Assembly: GCA_902537615.1 (NCBI GenBank)
Contig: CACBBU010000002.1
Location: 7,059-71,058 of the forward strand
Origin: an uncultured Alphaproteobacteria bacterium
GTDB taxonomy: Bacteria > Pseudomonadota > Alphaproteobacteria > Methylaequorales > Methylaequoraceae
Direction of reading: 5' to 3'
DNA length: 64,000 bases
Below the pieces are notes generated by a model. It was not told the origin of the DNA. It did no database searches and saw nothing but the letters and a program-made list of their open reading frames with translations. Position 1 is the first letter of the stretch, and the number at the start of each line of letters is the position of its first letter. Position numbers and translations under genes: made by a program. Shown one piece after another: positions 16,910 to 27,020 of the stretch.

Positions 16910-18019
16910 ATGTTTTATAGACCCTTATTTATATTATTAATATTCCTTTCCCTTACTGTTTATGCCCAGGAGCAAAATGATGACGACACAGATTTTTCTC
17001 AACCTAATGCTAAACAACAAAATGAAACAGATGTTGAATGTGCTTTATCTAAAGACTCAGAATTAATAACTCTTTTAAATTTTAAATTAAGAAAATTCAA
17101 TCCAACTTCCAAAGAATTTGAATCGGGCCCTCCCTTAACTGATGAAGAGATTAAACACAAAGGGATAAGGTTTTATTCCTTACAATTAAAAGACGAGAGA
17201 ACTGTAAAAATAGATATTGATAAATTTGCAAGTCTTGGTGGTGCAACTCTGGCATCACTTCTTGATAGATCGTCAAAAATTCTCTTAAAACATCCAGAAA
17301 AATGTCAGTTTTTTACACTATTTGGTGATCAAATTCTTGGGTATTATGAAATTTCTTTTGATAAAATTTTAAGGCTATATGCAACTGCTGTAAACAAACA
17401 AAATAACATTGCTCAGGAATTTATAAGAACTCAAATAGTCCCATCTCCTATGTCCTTAGATATGGCTATTAAATCTCTGTATGATGATTATGGATACCAA
17501 CAAAATATTATTGAATCTTTGTTACCACAAGAAGTAAGAACACTATTTTTTGGAGAGAATTCAATGGTAAGTGTTGCTGATGTTGCGGAATCAAAACTTT
17601 TAGCTTTTTCTCTTTTAGGAGGAAGGATAATGGATAATAGTCAAAGAGAATTGTTCATTTTTGTGCCTTACTCCAAGAAAGGTCTATTGGGTAGTAATGA
17701 GACTATTGTAATTTCAAGCACTTCAAGAATATATGAGGTTCCTTTACTGAATGTTCCGCTTGCATTGAATGTACTTAGATCTCTTGGGTTTAATGCAAAA
17801 ATTATTCAGTTAAAGCAGGTATATATAGATGAAAACTCGTTTTGTAAAGTTGGTGAAGGTGGTCTATGGTATCATTATAAAGGAAGAGAAAAAATGGTAG
17901 GGTGTGATTTTTTATCTAATACAATCAAATCAATAACTACAAATACTCTCAAAAATTCATCAGATTATCCTATTTTCAAAGAAAGTATTGATAGAGTTTA
18001 TGAAATTATGAACAATTGA
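16910..18019 (+). CDS. hypothetical secreted/periplasmic protein (369 aa)
   Basis: Signal peptide MFYRPLFILLIFLSLTVYA|QEQ. No recognised domain. Confidence 0.65.
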   Translation: MFYRPLFILLIFLSLTVYAQEQNDDDTDFSQPNAKQQNETDVECALSKDSELITLLNFKLRKFNPTSKEFESGPPLTDEEIKHKGIRFYSLQLKDERTVKIDIDKFASLGGATLASLLDRSSKILLKHPEKCQFFTLFGDQILGYYEISFDKILRLYATAVNKQNNIAQEFIRTQIVPSPMSLDMAIKSLYDDYGYQQNIIESLLPQEVRTLFFGENSMVSVADVAESKLLAFSLLGGRIMDNSQRELFIFVPYSKKGLLGSNETIVISSTSRIYEVPLLNVPLALNVLRSLGFNAKIIQLKQVYIDENSFCKVGEGGLWYHYKGREKMVGCDFLSNTIKSITTNTLKNSSDYPIFKESIDRVYEIMNN

Positions 18020-18089
18020 TGAAATTTTAAAATATTTAACTATATTAGTACAAGGATGTAATTTTAAAAATACTTAACTATATTAGAAC
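18018..18089. repeat. tandem duplication (34/35 bp x2, 3-bp spacer) forming the nuoA leader
   Basis: Copy 1 (18018-18051) is GATGAAATTTTAAAATATTTAACTATATTAGTAC. Copy 2 (18055-18089) is GATGTAATTTTAAAAATACTTAACTATATTAGAAC. They differ by 3 substitutions and 1 indel. Confidence 0.85.
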
Positions 18090-18090
18090 C

Positions 18091-18444
18091 ATGATAGAAT
18101 ACTTACCAATTCTTATATTTTTAGTGTTTGCCTTGATCTTTTCTTTTGGGGCATTCTTCCTATCCATAATTATTGGTAAAAAGTCACCATACACTGAAAA
18201 AAACTCTACATATGAGTGCGGTTTTGAACCTTTTGATGAAACAAGAGGAAAATTTGAAGTAAAATTTTATTTAGTTGCAATTCTATTTATTATATTTGAC
18301 TTAGAAATTATTTTTCTCTTTCCATGGGCAGTAGCATTCAATGAAATTGGGATGTACGGCTTCTGGTCAATGATTTTTTTTCTTTTCGTTCTAACAGTTG
18401 GTTTTGTATATGAATGGCTGAAAGGAGCACTAGATTGGAATTAA
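18091..18444 (+). CDS. nuoA: NADH-quinone oxidoreductase subunit A
   Basis: 117 aa, 3 TM, with YECGFEPF and the C-terminal [10 protein letters not shown] motif. Confidence 0.95.
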   Translation: MIEYLPILIFLVFALIFSFGAFFLSIIIGKKSPYTEKNSTYECGFEPFDETRGKFEVKFYLVAILFIIFDLEIIFLFPWAVAFNEIGMYGFWSMIFFLFVLTVGFVYEWLKGALDWN

Positions 18445-18950
18445 AAAAAATTGATGCAAAAAACTATGACCAGATGGAGAAGCATATCTCAAAGAATGGT
18501 TTTTTAATAACTAAAGTAAATGATCTAATAAACTGGGCAAGATCAGGATCGTTGTGGCCAATGAGTTTCGGGCTCGCGTGCTGTGCAGTTGAAATGATGC
18601 AATCTGCTGCCAGTAGATATGACTTTGATAGGTTTGGTGTTGTGTTTAGACCTAGCCCTAGACAGTCTGATGTAATGATTGTTGCTGGTACTCTTACAAA
18701 TAAGATGGCACCAGCTCTCAGAAAAGTTTACGACCAAATGCCTGAACCGCGATGGGTGATCTCTATGGGTAGTTGTGCTAATGGAGGTGGATATTATCAC
18801 TATTCTTACTCAGTAGTAAGAGGCTGTGATAAAATAGTACCAGTTGACATTTATGTTCCAGGTTGCCCACCGACAGCTGAAGCTTTGTTATATGGAATAC
18901 TTCAACTCCAAAAAAAAATAATGAGAGATAATAAGATATACAGATCATGA
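18414..18950 (+). CDS. nuoB: NADH-quinone oxidoreductase subunit B
   Basis: [28 protein letters not shown] and PGCPP motifs. The start is uncertain: ATG 18414 overlaps nuoA by 31 nt, and an in-frame ATG lies at 18474. Confidence 0.93.
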   Translation: MAERSTRLELKKIDAKNYDQMEKHISKNGFLITKVNDLINWARSGSLWPMSFGLACCAVEMMQSAASRYDFDRFGVVFRPSPRQSDVMIVAGTLTNKMAPALRKVYDQMPEPRWVISMGSCANGGGYYHYSYSVVRGCDKIVPVDIYVPGCPPTAEALLYGILQLQKKIMRDNKIYRS

Positions 18951-19573
18951 GTCAGAGAAAACACGATAAATTCATTTTGGAGATGAAAGATCTTATAAAA
19001 AGTTTAATGACTTTTTGTAAGTTCAGAATATTTATTTTAAATAATGAAATAAGTATTTTTATCCAAGATAAAGATATTCCTAAAACATTAATGTTTTTTA
19101 AAGATAACCCCTCTTTCAATATGCATACTCTGGTAGATTTTACTGCAGTCGATTATCCTAACGAAGAGAAAAGATTTCTTTTAATTTATAACCTTTTAAG
19201 TGTTTCAAAAAACTTCAGAATAAAAATCAAATCGTGGGTTGGGGTAGATAAACCAGTGAGCTCCGTAACAGAAATTTTTCCATGTGCTAATTGGTATGAA
19301 AGAGAAGCATGGGATTTATTTGGAATTAGATTTATTGGACATCCCGATTTAAGAAGAATCTTGACTGATTACGATTTTGTTGGTCACCCTCTCAGAAAAG
19401 ATTTTCCGCTAACGGGTTTCACTCAAGTTAAATTTGATGATGAGCTAGGAAAGGTAATTAGTGAACCAGTGAAACTTGAGCAAGAGTATAGAAATTTTGA
19501 TAATCTAAGTCCGTGGGAAGGAATGTCTAAAATACTCCCTGGAGATGAAAAATCCGAGAAACTTGATGACTAA
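18947..19573 (+). CDS. nuoC: NADH-quinone oxidoreductase subunit C
   Basis: [14 protein letters not shown] and [12 protein letters not shown] motifs. ATGA overlap with nuoB. Confidence 0.95.
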   Translation: MSQRKHDKFILEMKDLIKSLMTFCKFRIFILNNEISIFIQDKDIPKTLMFFKDNPSFNMHTLVDFTAVDYPNEEKRFLLIYNLLSVSKNFRIKIKSWVGVDKPVSSVTEIFPCANWYEREAWDLFGIRFIGHPDLRRILTDYDFVGHPLRKDFPLTGFTQVKFDDELGKVISEPVKLEQEYRNFDNLSPWEGMSKILPGDEKSEKLDD

Positions 19574-20738
19574 AATAGAAAATTACTCTCTCAATTTTGG
19601 CCCTCAGCATCCTGCAGCTCACGGTGTTCTAAGACTAGTTCTTGAACTTGATGGGGAAATTGTTGAAAGAGCCGATCCACATATAGGACTATTGCACAGA
19701 GGAACGGAGAAACTTATTGAAAATAAGACCTATGTGCAAGCATTACCATATTTTGATAGGCTTGATTATGTTTCGCCAATGTGTCAGGAACACGCTTATG
19801 CTCTAGCAATTGAAAAACTTCTACAAATAGATGTACCAAAAAGAGGACAATACATACGCGTTTTATTTGCTGAAATTACCAGGATCCTTAATCATATTCT
19901 TAATATAACTACATTTGCTTTAGATGTCGGAGCAATGACACCTTTTCTATGGTTATTTGAAGACAGAGAAATATTGATGGAGTTTTATGAAAGAGTATCA
20001 GGGTCAAGATTGCATTCAGCATATTTTAGACCTGGAGGTGTTCATAGAGATATTCCAACTGGACTTTCTGATGATATTGAAGATTTTTGTAAAAAATTTA
20101 CGTCTCATATAGACGATACCGAAAAATTAATTGAAAAAAACAGAATATTCAGACAAAGGTCAGTGGGAATTGGAAAGATTTCTGCTGATGATGCCCTTGA
20201 ATGGGGCTTTTCTGGGCCTTGTATAAGAGCTTCGGGCTTGAATTGGGATTTGAGAAAAAAACAACCTTATGACTGTTACAACGAAATGGACTTTAAAGTT
20301 CCAACAGGTACAACTGGTGATTGCTTTGAAAGATTTCTTGTGAGAGTTGAGGAAATGAGACAGTCTGTATCAATAATTCGGCAATGTCTTAAAAATATTC
20401 CTGACGGTCCCTCAATCAGTAATGACCCTAGAGTAGTTCCGCCAAAAAGAGAGATTATGAAAGAATCAATGGAATCTCTTATTAACCATTTCAAACTTTT
20501 CACTGAAGGGTTTCATGTTCCTGCTGGAGAAACTTATACGGCTGTAGAAGCTCCTAAAGGAGAATTTGGTGTTCTTCTTATTTCTGACGGTACTAACAAA
20601 CCTTACAGATGTAAGATTAGAGCGCCCGGTTTTCCTTTTCTTCAAGCTACAGAGTTTTTATCTAAAGGCCACATGCTTTCAGATCTAGTAGCAATTATTG
20701 GTAGCCTTGACATTGTGTTCGGAGAGATAGACAGATGA
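19566..20738 (+). CDS. nuoD: NADH-quinone oxidoreductase subunit D
   Basis: [15 protein letters not shown] near the N-terminus and C-terminal [10 protein letters not shown]. The start is either ATG 19566 (MTKIENY...) or 19545. Confidence 0.95.
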   Translation: MTKIENYSLNFGPQHPAAHGVLRLVLELDGEIVERADPHIGLLHRGTEKLIENKTYVQALPYFDRLDYVSPMCQEHAYALAIEKLLQIDVPKRGQYIRVLFAEITRILNHILNITTFALDVGAMTPFLWLFEDREILMEFYERVSGSRLHSAYFRPGGVHRDIPTGLSDDIEDFCKKFTSHIDDTEKLIEKNRIFRQRSVGIGKISADDALEWGFSGPCIRASGLNWDLRKKQPYDCYNEMDFKVPTGTTGDCFERFLVRVEEMRQSVSIIRQCLKNIPDGPSISNDPRVVPPKREIMKESMESLINHFKLFTEGFHVPAGETYTAVEAPKGEFGVLLISDGTNKPYRCKIRAPGFPFLQATEFLSKGHMLSDLVAIIGSLDIVFGEIDR

Positions 20739-21346
20739 GCCAAACATCTTTTAAAAAAATTGCTGAAGATAACATGCAACCAAAAGAATTTTCTTTTGAC
20801 AAGGAAAATATGCAATTAGCAAAAAAGATTTTAAAAATCTATCCTAAAAACTATAAAGAAAGTTCAATTATGCCTTTATTATCGATAGCTCAAATTCAAA
20901 ATAACGGTTGGTTGCCAAAAAAAGCAATTGAATATGTCTCTTCTTTTTTAGAGATTCCTGAAATTAAAGTTCTAGAAATAGCTACATTTTATTCTATGTA
21001 TAATCTTTCACCAGTTGGAAAGTTTCATATTGAAGTTTGTACTACATCACCATGTATGCTTAGAGGTTCTGATGATATACTGTCTTTTTGTGAAAAAAAA
21101 CTTAATGTTCAAATTGGTGGTGTCTCTAAAGATAAATTGTTCTCACTCAACAGAGTTGAATGCTTAGGAGCATGTGTGAATGCTCCAATTGTGAAAATAA
21201 ATGAAAATTATTATGAAGATTTAGATTTAAATACTACAGATAAATTAATAAATGATATATCAAACAATAAAAAAGTAAAAATCGGTTCTCAATCCGGGAG
21301 AAAGGGTTCAGAACCTAGAAAGAGTTCTTATGATAAAAAAAGATAA
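20735..21346 (+). CDS. nuoE: NADH-quinone oxidoreductase subunit E
   Basis: Thioredoxin-like 2Fe-2S pattern C..SPC...C..ACVNAP. ATGA overlap with nuoD. Confidence 0.93.
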   Translation: MSQTSFKKIAEDNMQPKEFSFDKENMQLAKKILKIYPKNYKESSIMPLLSIAQIQNNGWLPKKAIEYVSSFLEIPEIKVLEIATFYSMYNLSPVGKFHIEVCTTSPCMLRGSDDILSFCEKKLNVQIGGVSKDKLFSLNRVECLGACVNAPIVKINENYYEDLDLNTTDKLINDISNNKKVKIGSQSGRKGSEPRKSSYDKKR

Positions 21347-22601
21347 TCTCATATTTAAAAACCTTTATGGTCGGAATGATCCTTTTCTTAAATCTGCTTT
21401 ACAGAGAGGAGATTGGAAAGATATTAAAAAAATTTTAAAAAAAGATCCTCAAGAGATTATTAACATAATTAAAGAATCTGGTTTAAGAGGAAGAGGAGGA
21501 GCAGGCTTCTCAACCGGTATGAAGTGGGACTTTATGCCAAAATCAAGAGATAAACAGCATTATTTGGTCATTAATGCAGATGAAGGTGAACCAGGAACGT
21601 GCAAGGACCGTGATATTATTAGAAATGAACCACATAAACTTATTGAAGGTTGTTTAATTTCTGGATATGCGATTGGCGCAACCAAGTGTTACATTTATGT
21701 AAGAGGAGAGTTTTTAAATGAAGCTTCAATTCTTCAAAAAGCAATTGATGAGGCTTACAGTAATAATCTACTCGGAAAAAAGATTAAAGGCTCAAACTTT
21801 GATTTTGACCTCTATTTACACTATGGTTCTGGAGCATATGTTTGTGGAGAAGAAACAGCACTTATTGAAAGTTTAGAAGGAAAAAAAGGTCAGCCTAGAC
21901 TTAAACCACCTTTCCCTGCAAGTGTCGGTCTATATGGTATGCCAACAACCGTAAATAATGTTGAAACAATTGCAGTAGTTCCAACTATAATGAGAAGAGG
22001 GCATGATTGGTTTAGTAGTCTGGGCAGAAAAAATAACACTGGCTCTAAGATATTTTGCATATCTGGTCATGTAAATACCCCATGTAATGTTGAAGAGGAA
22101 CTCGGTGTGCCCTTAAAATATCTGATTCAAAAATATGCTGGTGATGTTATTGGTGGTTGGGATAACCTACAAGCAATTATTCCAGGTGGCTCATCTGTTC
22201 CTCTACTACCCAAAAATTTATGCGAGGATGTGTTGATGGATTTTGACTCACTTAAAGATGCTGGCTCAGCATTAGGCACAGCCGGGATAATAGTAATAAA
22301 TAAAAACACCAACATTACTAAGGTTATTTTAAGACTCTCTGAGTTCTATAAACATGAATCTTGTGGACAATGTACTCCCTGTAGAGAAGGAACCGGCTGG
22401 TTAATGAGAATGATGGATAGAATTTACAAGAATGGTGCTACAGTTGAAGAGTTAGAACTTCTTCAAGAAGTGACTAAACAAATTGAAGGTCATACAATAT
22501 GTGCGTTAGGTGATGCAGCTGCGTGGCCAATCCAAGGACTACTAAAACACTTTAAAAATGATTTATTAAAGAAACCGAAAAAAATAGATAAGGTCGCCTA
22601 A
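21330..22601 (+). CDS. nuoF: NADH-quinone oxidoreductase subunit F
   Basis: [10 protein letters not shown] (FMN/NADH site) and [12 protein letters not shown] (4Fe-4S). Confidence 0.96.
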   Translation: MIKKDNLIFKNLYGRNDPFLKSALQRGDWKDIKKILKKDPQEIINIIKESGLRGRGGAGFSTGMKWDFMPKSRDKQHYLVINADEGEPGTCKDRDIIRNEPHKLIEGCLISGYAIGATKCYIYVRGEFLNEASILQKAIDEAYSNNLLGKKIKGSNFDFDLYLHYGSGAYVCGEETALIESLEGKKGQPRLKPPFPASVGLYGMPTTVNNVETIAVVPTIMRRGHDWFSSLGRKNNTGSKIFCISGHVNTPCNVEEELGVPLKYLIQKYAGDVIGGWDNLQAIIPGGSSVPLLPKNLCEDVLMDFDSLKDAGSALGTAGIIVINKNTNITKVILRLSEFYKHESCGQCTPCREGTGWLMRMMDRIYKNGATVEELELLQEVTKQIEGHTICALGDAAAWPIQGLLKHFKNDLLKKPKKIDKVA

Positions 22602-24641
22602 ATGGTTCAGATTTTCATTGATGACAAACCTTTTGAAGTTGAAGATGGAATCACTGTGATTCAAGCATGTGAGTCTGCTGGTGTAGAAATTCCTAGATTT
22701 TGTTATCATGAAAAACTTTCAATAGCTGGTAACTGTAGGATGTGTCTTGTTGAAATGGAAAACTCAAATAAACCAGTTGCCTCATGCGCAATGCCTGTTG
22801 CTGAGGGAATGAAAATTAAGACTAATTCGGAGATGGTCGTAAAAGCTAGGAAAGGTGTAATGGAATTTTTGTTAATCAATCACCCTTTAGATTGTCCAAT
22901 ATGCGATCAAGGAGGTGAATGTGATCTTCAAGACCAAGCAATGGCCTATGGAACAGGAATTAGCCGCTTTGTTGAAGAAAAGCGTGCTGTAAAAGATAAA
23001 AATTTAGGACCTTTGATTAAAACACACATGACAAGATGCATACACTGCACAAGGTGTGTTCGCTTTTCAGAGGAAATCGCAGGTAATGAAACACAGTTAG
23101 GCGCAATTGGTAGAGGTGAAGACACAGAAATAACAACTTATCTTGAAGAGGCTATGGATTTTGAAATGTCGGGAAATGTAATTGATTTATGTCCTGTTGG
23201 GGCACTGACATCAAAACCATATGAATTTGTTGCAAGACCTTGGGAGCTAAAAAAAACTGAAACAATTGATGTTTTTGATGCCGTTGGAAGCAGCATTCGA
23301 ATTGATTCAAAAAGTGATAAAATTTTGAGAGTTTTACCAAGAATTAACGAGGAAATTAATGATGAGTGGATTTCTGATAAAACTAGGTTTGCATATGATG
23401 GGATAAATAATCAAAGAATTGACAGATTTTATTTAAGGAATAGTGAAGGAAAGTTAATTGAGGAATCTGAAGAAAATATAATAAAATCTATCCACAATCT
23501 TTTATCCAACACAAATTCATCACAGATTGCAGCATTAGCTGGAAACACACTTGATTGTGAATCTATCTTCTCATTCAAAAAATTCCTTGATGAATTAAAA
23601 ATAGAAAATTACGATTGCAGACAAGATGATTCATTTTTTGTCCCATCTCAGAGATTTTCCTACATTTTTAATTCAACTATTAAAGGAATTGATGACTCAG
23701 ACTCGTGTGTTTTAGTTGGAACTGATATTAAAAAAGAAGCACCTATTTTGTCATCCAGAATTAGACAAAGATTTTTATCTTCTCCTAAAAATTATAAAAT
23801 TTTAAGCATTGGTAAATTTAATTTAAATTTTCCTGTAGAATTACTTGGTGGAACTTCTTCTTCAATAAAAAAATTAAATGAAAAGAAAAATTTAGATTTC
23901 TTCAAAAAATCAAAAAAACCATTATTTATTTTGGGTCAAGGTGCAATGTGTCAAGCCGATGCAGCTGATATCTTTACTTATTGTTTAAATTTTTATCAAA
24001 AAATTTCAAAAAGCTCTGGTTGGAATGGATTTAACGTTTTACAAACATTTTCTGGAAGAGTTGGTGCACTTGACCTTGGTTTTTATAACAAAAAAAATAT
24101 TTCAAGGTCTTTAATCAAACAGATTTATGATGGTAAATTTAAAGTTTTATATTTAATGAGTGCTGATGAGATTAATTTTGACAAAATACCAAAAAAAACA
24201 TTTATTATTTATCATGGTCATCACGGCGATAAAGCTGTTAAGAGAGCTGACTTAATAATACCAATGAGCTGTTTTACTGAAAAAGAAGGAATATATGTAA
24301 ATCTTGAAGGTAGACCACAAATTTCAAGTCAGGTTAAGTTTCCAATTGACGGTGTGAGTCATTCATGGGATTTCTTAAATAAACTGTCTAAATCATTTAA
24401 CCTAAGTGTTTTTACTGATCTAAATGATTTAAGAGAAAAGATGTTTTTGAATCACGAACATTTAGGTTATATTAATGAAATTAAACTATCAAAAATAAAT
24501 AAAAGTAAACACAGCAAGCTTAAACTTTCAAATCAAGAAATGAAATCAAATATTTCAAATTTTTATATGACAGATTCAGTTAGTCGTAACTCCCAAATAA
24601 TGTCAAAGTGTTCTTTGGCTTTTTCGAAAGAAACAAAATAA
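22602..24641 (+). CDS. nuoG: NADH-quinone oxidoreductase subunit G
   Basis: N-terminal 2Fe-2S CYHEKLSIAGNCRMC, HPLDCPICDQGGECDLQ and CIHCTRCVRF clusters. 679 aa. Confidence 0.95.
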   Translation: MVQIFIDDKPFEVEDGITVIQACESAGVEIPRFCYHEKLSIAGNCRMCLVEMENSNKPVASCAMPVAEGMKIKTNSEMVVKARKGVMEFLLINHPLDCPICDQGGECDLQDQAMAYGTGISRFVEEKRAVKDKNLGPLIKTHMTRCIHCTRCVRFSEEIAGNETQLGAIGRGEDTEITTYLEEAMDFEMSGNVIDLCPVGALTSKPYEFVARPWELKKTETIDVFDAVGSSIRIDSKSDKILRVLPRINEEINDEWISDKTRFAYDGINNQRIDRFYLRNSEGKLIEESEENIIKSIHNLLSNTNSSQIAALAGNTLDCESIFSFKKFLDELKIENYDCRQDDSFFVPSQRFSYIFNSTIKGIDDSDSCVLVGTDIKKEAPILSSRIRQRFLSSPKNYKILSIGKFNLNFPVELLGGTSSSIKKLNEKKNLDFFKKSKKPLFILGQGAMCQADAADIFTYCLNFYQKISKSSGWNGFNVLQTFSGRVGALDLGFYNKKNISRSLIKQIYDGKFKVLYLMSADEINFDKIPKKTFIIYHGHHGDKAVKRADLIIPMSCFTEKEGIYVNLEGRPQISSQVKFPIDGVSHSWDFLNKLSKSFNLSVFTDLNDLREKMFLNHEHLGYINEIKLSKINKSKHSKLKLSNQEMKSNISNFYMTDSVSRNSQIMSKCSLAFSKETK

Positions 24642-25622
24642 ATGTTTTTTGAAATTTTAATTATTGTTTTTAAAATTTTACTTATAGTTATTCCCTTATT
24701 ACTGTTTATTGCTTATTTAACCTATTTTGAAAGAAAAGTTATTGGCGCAATTCAACTAAGAAAAGGTCCAAATGTTGTTGGTCCATTTGGCCTATTCCAG
24801 CCTATTGCTGATGGTATTAAGCTACTTACTAAAGAAACTATTTTTCCTGATAACTCAAATAAATTTATATTTATTTTATCACCTATCCTTACCTTTACAT
24901 TAGCCTTAATCGGCTGGGCTGTGATTCCAATTGATTATAAACTTGTTCTAGCGGATATTAACGTTGGTGTAATGTATATTTTCGCTATTTCATCACTTGG
25001 TGTATATGGAATAATTATGGCTGGTTGGGCTAGTAATTCAAGATATGCATTTCTTGGAGCACTAAGATCTGCTGCTCAAATGATTTCTTATGAAGTGTCA
25101 ATTGGTCTAATTATAATTTCTGTTTTAATTACATCAGGTTCATTAAATCTTACCGAGATAGTCATGAAACAACAAAATATGTGGTATCTAATTCCTCATT
25201 TTCCAATGTTTGTCATTTTTTTTATATCTACTTTAGCGGAGACAAATAGAGCTCCATTTGACCTTCCCGAGGCTGAATCAGAATTAGTTGCTGGTTATAA
25301 TGTTGAATACTCTTCAATGTCTTTTGGACTGTTTTTTCTTGGGGAATATGGAAATATGATTCTCATGAGCTCAATGTCAACAATTCTTTTTTTAGGTGGC
25401 TGGTTGCCACCAGCTGATATTAACTTTTTTCAAAATATTCCAGGCTTTATATGGTTTTTATTAAAAGTTACATTTTTACTTTTTCTCTTTCTATGGGTCA
25501 GAGCTACTCTTCCTAGATATAGATATGATCAATTAATGAGATTAGGCTGGAAAGTTTTTCTCCCTTTATCATTAGCTTGGATAATAATAACATCTTCTGT
25601 TGTCATTTACTTACAAAATTAG
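24642..25622 (+). CDS. nuoH: NADH-quinone oxidoreductase subunit H
   Basis: [15 protein letters not shown] and [26 protein letters not shown] motifs. Confidence 0.96.
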   Translation: MFFEILIIVFKILLIVIPLLLFIAYLTYFERKVIGAIQLRKGPNVVGPFGLFQPIADGIKLLTKETIFPDNSNKFIFILSPILTFTLALIGWAVIPIDYKLVLADINVGVMYIFAISSLGVYGIIMAGWASNSRYAFLGALRSAAQMISYEVSIGLIIISVLITSGSLNLTEIVMKQQNMWYLIPHFPMFVIFFISTLAETNRAPFDLPEAESELVAGYNVEYSSMSFGLFFLGEYGNMILMSSMSTILFLGGWLPPADINFFQNIPGFIWFLLKVTFLLFLFLWVRATLPRYRYDQLMRLGWKVFLPLSLAWIIITSSVVIYLQN

Positions 25623-25633
25623 ATAATGAAATA

Positions 25634-26131
25634 ATGAAAAAGTTAAGTAAAATAGCATTTGTTTTTAAGGAGTTTTTTTTAATTGAAATAATCTCAGGCT
25701 TATTCTTAACTTTAAAATATTTTTTTAAGCCAAAAGTAACAATTAATTACCCATTTGAAAAAGGGATTCTAAGTTCACGATTTAGAGGAGAGCACGCTTT
25801 AAGACGATATGATTCTGGAGAAGAAAGGTGTATTGCCTGTAAATTATGTGAGGCTATTTGTCCTGCACAGGCAATTACAATAGAATCTGAGCCAAGAGAT
25901 GACGGCTCAAGAAAGACTTCAAGATATGATATTGATATGACAAAATGTATTTACTGTGGATATTGTCAAGAATCATGTCCTGTAGATGCAATAGTTGAAG
26001 GGCCAAATTTTGAATTTGCCACAGAAACTAGGGAAGAACTCATATATAATAAAGACAAGTTACTAGAAAATGGTGATAAATGGGAAATGGAAATTAGTAG
26101 AAATTTAAAAAAGGAATCAAAATATTTATGA
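25634..26131 (+). CDS. nuoI: NADH-quinone oxidoreductase subunit I
   Basis: Two 4Fe-4S ferredoxin motifs, [12 protein letters not shown] and [13 protein letters not shown] chose ATG 25634 (MKKLSKIAF...) rather than the track's 25577, which overlaps nuoH. Confidence 0.93.
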   Translation: MKKLSKIAFVFKEFFLIEIISGLFLTLKYFFKPKVTINYPFEKGILSSRFRGEHALRRYDSGEERCIACKLCEAICPAQAITIESEPRDDGSRKTSRYDIDMTKCIYCGYCQESCPVDAIVEGPNFEFATETREELIYNKDKLLENGDKWEMEISRNLKKESKYL

Positions 26132-26712
26132 CTCTTTATTTTTTTTATTTTTTTACGTTTATTGTTATCCTGTCAAGTTTTTTGGTTATTTTTGTCTCAA
26201 ACCCTGTCCACTCTGTATTGTTTTTAATCTTTACTTTTTTTAACGCTGCTATCATATTTTTGATCTTTAAGGCTGAGTTCTTAGCTATGACACTCCTAAT
26301 AGTGTATGTTGGGGCCGTTGCAGTTTTATTTTTATTTGTTGTTATGATGTTAAATATATCAGAATCAGTTATTAAAGAGGGTTTTTTAAGATATTTTCCA
26401 TTTGGTCTATTATTAATTTCAATTTTTTTAATAGAGCTTTTTATGATTTTTAATTCTGACAAAGTTATCTTTCCTGAAAATGGTTTTTTAAAAATCAATG
26501 AAATAATGAACCTTGGAATGGATAATACAAAATCTCTGGGTTTATTCTTATACACGGATTACTTTATTATTTTTCAAATTTCAGGATTTTTACTATTACT
26601 CGCAATGATAGGTGCAATTGTTCTTGCCCATAGTGATATAAAAAACCCTAAAAGTATTTCACCAATTAATCAAAAAAATGTAGATAAAAAAACTATTATT
26701 AAACTTAACTAA
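26128..26712 (+). CDS. nuoJ: NADH-quinone oxidoreductase subunit J
   Basis: A 5-TM protein with [10 protein letters not shown] and [16 protein letters not shown] motifs, in conserved operon position. Confidence 0.93.
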   Translation: MTLYFFYFFTFIVILSSFLVIFVSNPVHSVLFLIFTFFNAAIIFLIFKAEFLAMTLLIVYVGAVAVLFLFVVMMLNISESVIKEGFLRYFPFGLLLISIFLIELFMIFNSDKVIFPENGFLKINEIMNLGMDNTKSLGLFLYTDYFIIFQISGFLLLLAMIGAIVLAHSDIKNPKSISPINQKNVDKKTIIKLN

Positions 26713-26715
26713 GTT

Positions 26716-27018
26716 ATGGAACATATTCATTTTTTAATTTTATCTACTTCCGTTTTTGCGATAGGTTTTCTAGGTATTTTTGTTAATAGAAAAAATATCA
26801 TTACTATTTTAATGTCTATTGAATTAATGTTACTTTCAGCAAATATAAATTTTGTTGGGTTTTCTTATCTTCTTGATGACCTTTCAGGCCAAATATTTTC
26901 GCTGTTTATTTTGGTTGTAGCTGCAGCAGAGGCAGCGATAGGCTTAGCTATTTTAACTATTTTTTTTAAAAAGACATCCTCTATTAGTATTGATACTATT
27001 AGCAGATTGAAGGGTTAA
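26716..27018 (+). CDS. nuoK: NADH-quinone oxidoreductase subunit K
   Basis: 100 aa, 3 TM, with MSIELMLLSANINF and AAAEAAIGLAIL motifs. Confidence 0.95.
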   Translation: MEHIHFLILSTSVFAIGFLGIFVNRKNIITILMSIELMLLSANINFVGFSYLLDDLSGQIFSLFILVVAAAEAAIGLAILTIFFKKTSSISIDTISRLKG

Positions 27019-27020
27019 AA

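Noticed and set aside
23488-23496. DnaA-box-like CTATCCACA
   Set aside because: It is a single one-mismatch copy inside the nuoG coding sequence, which is expected by chance.
26145-26555. 136-aa antisense ORF inside nuoJ. Similar antisense or out-of-frame ORFs lie at 49978-50382 (bamA), 34139-34477 and 34529-34819 (rnj), 43321-43632 (tsf), 44810-45073 (frr), 53283-53567, 59422-59673, 4216-4419 and others.
   Set aside because: Each lies within a strongly supported conserved gene on the opposite strand or in another frame. Their products are low-complexity with no recognisable motifs, so they look like shadow ORFs.
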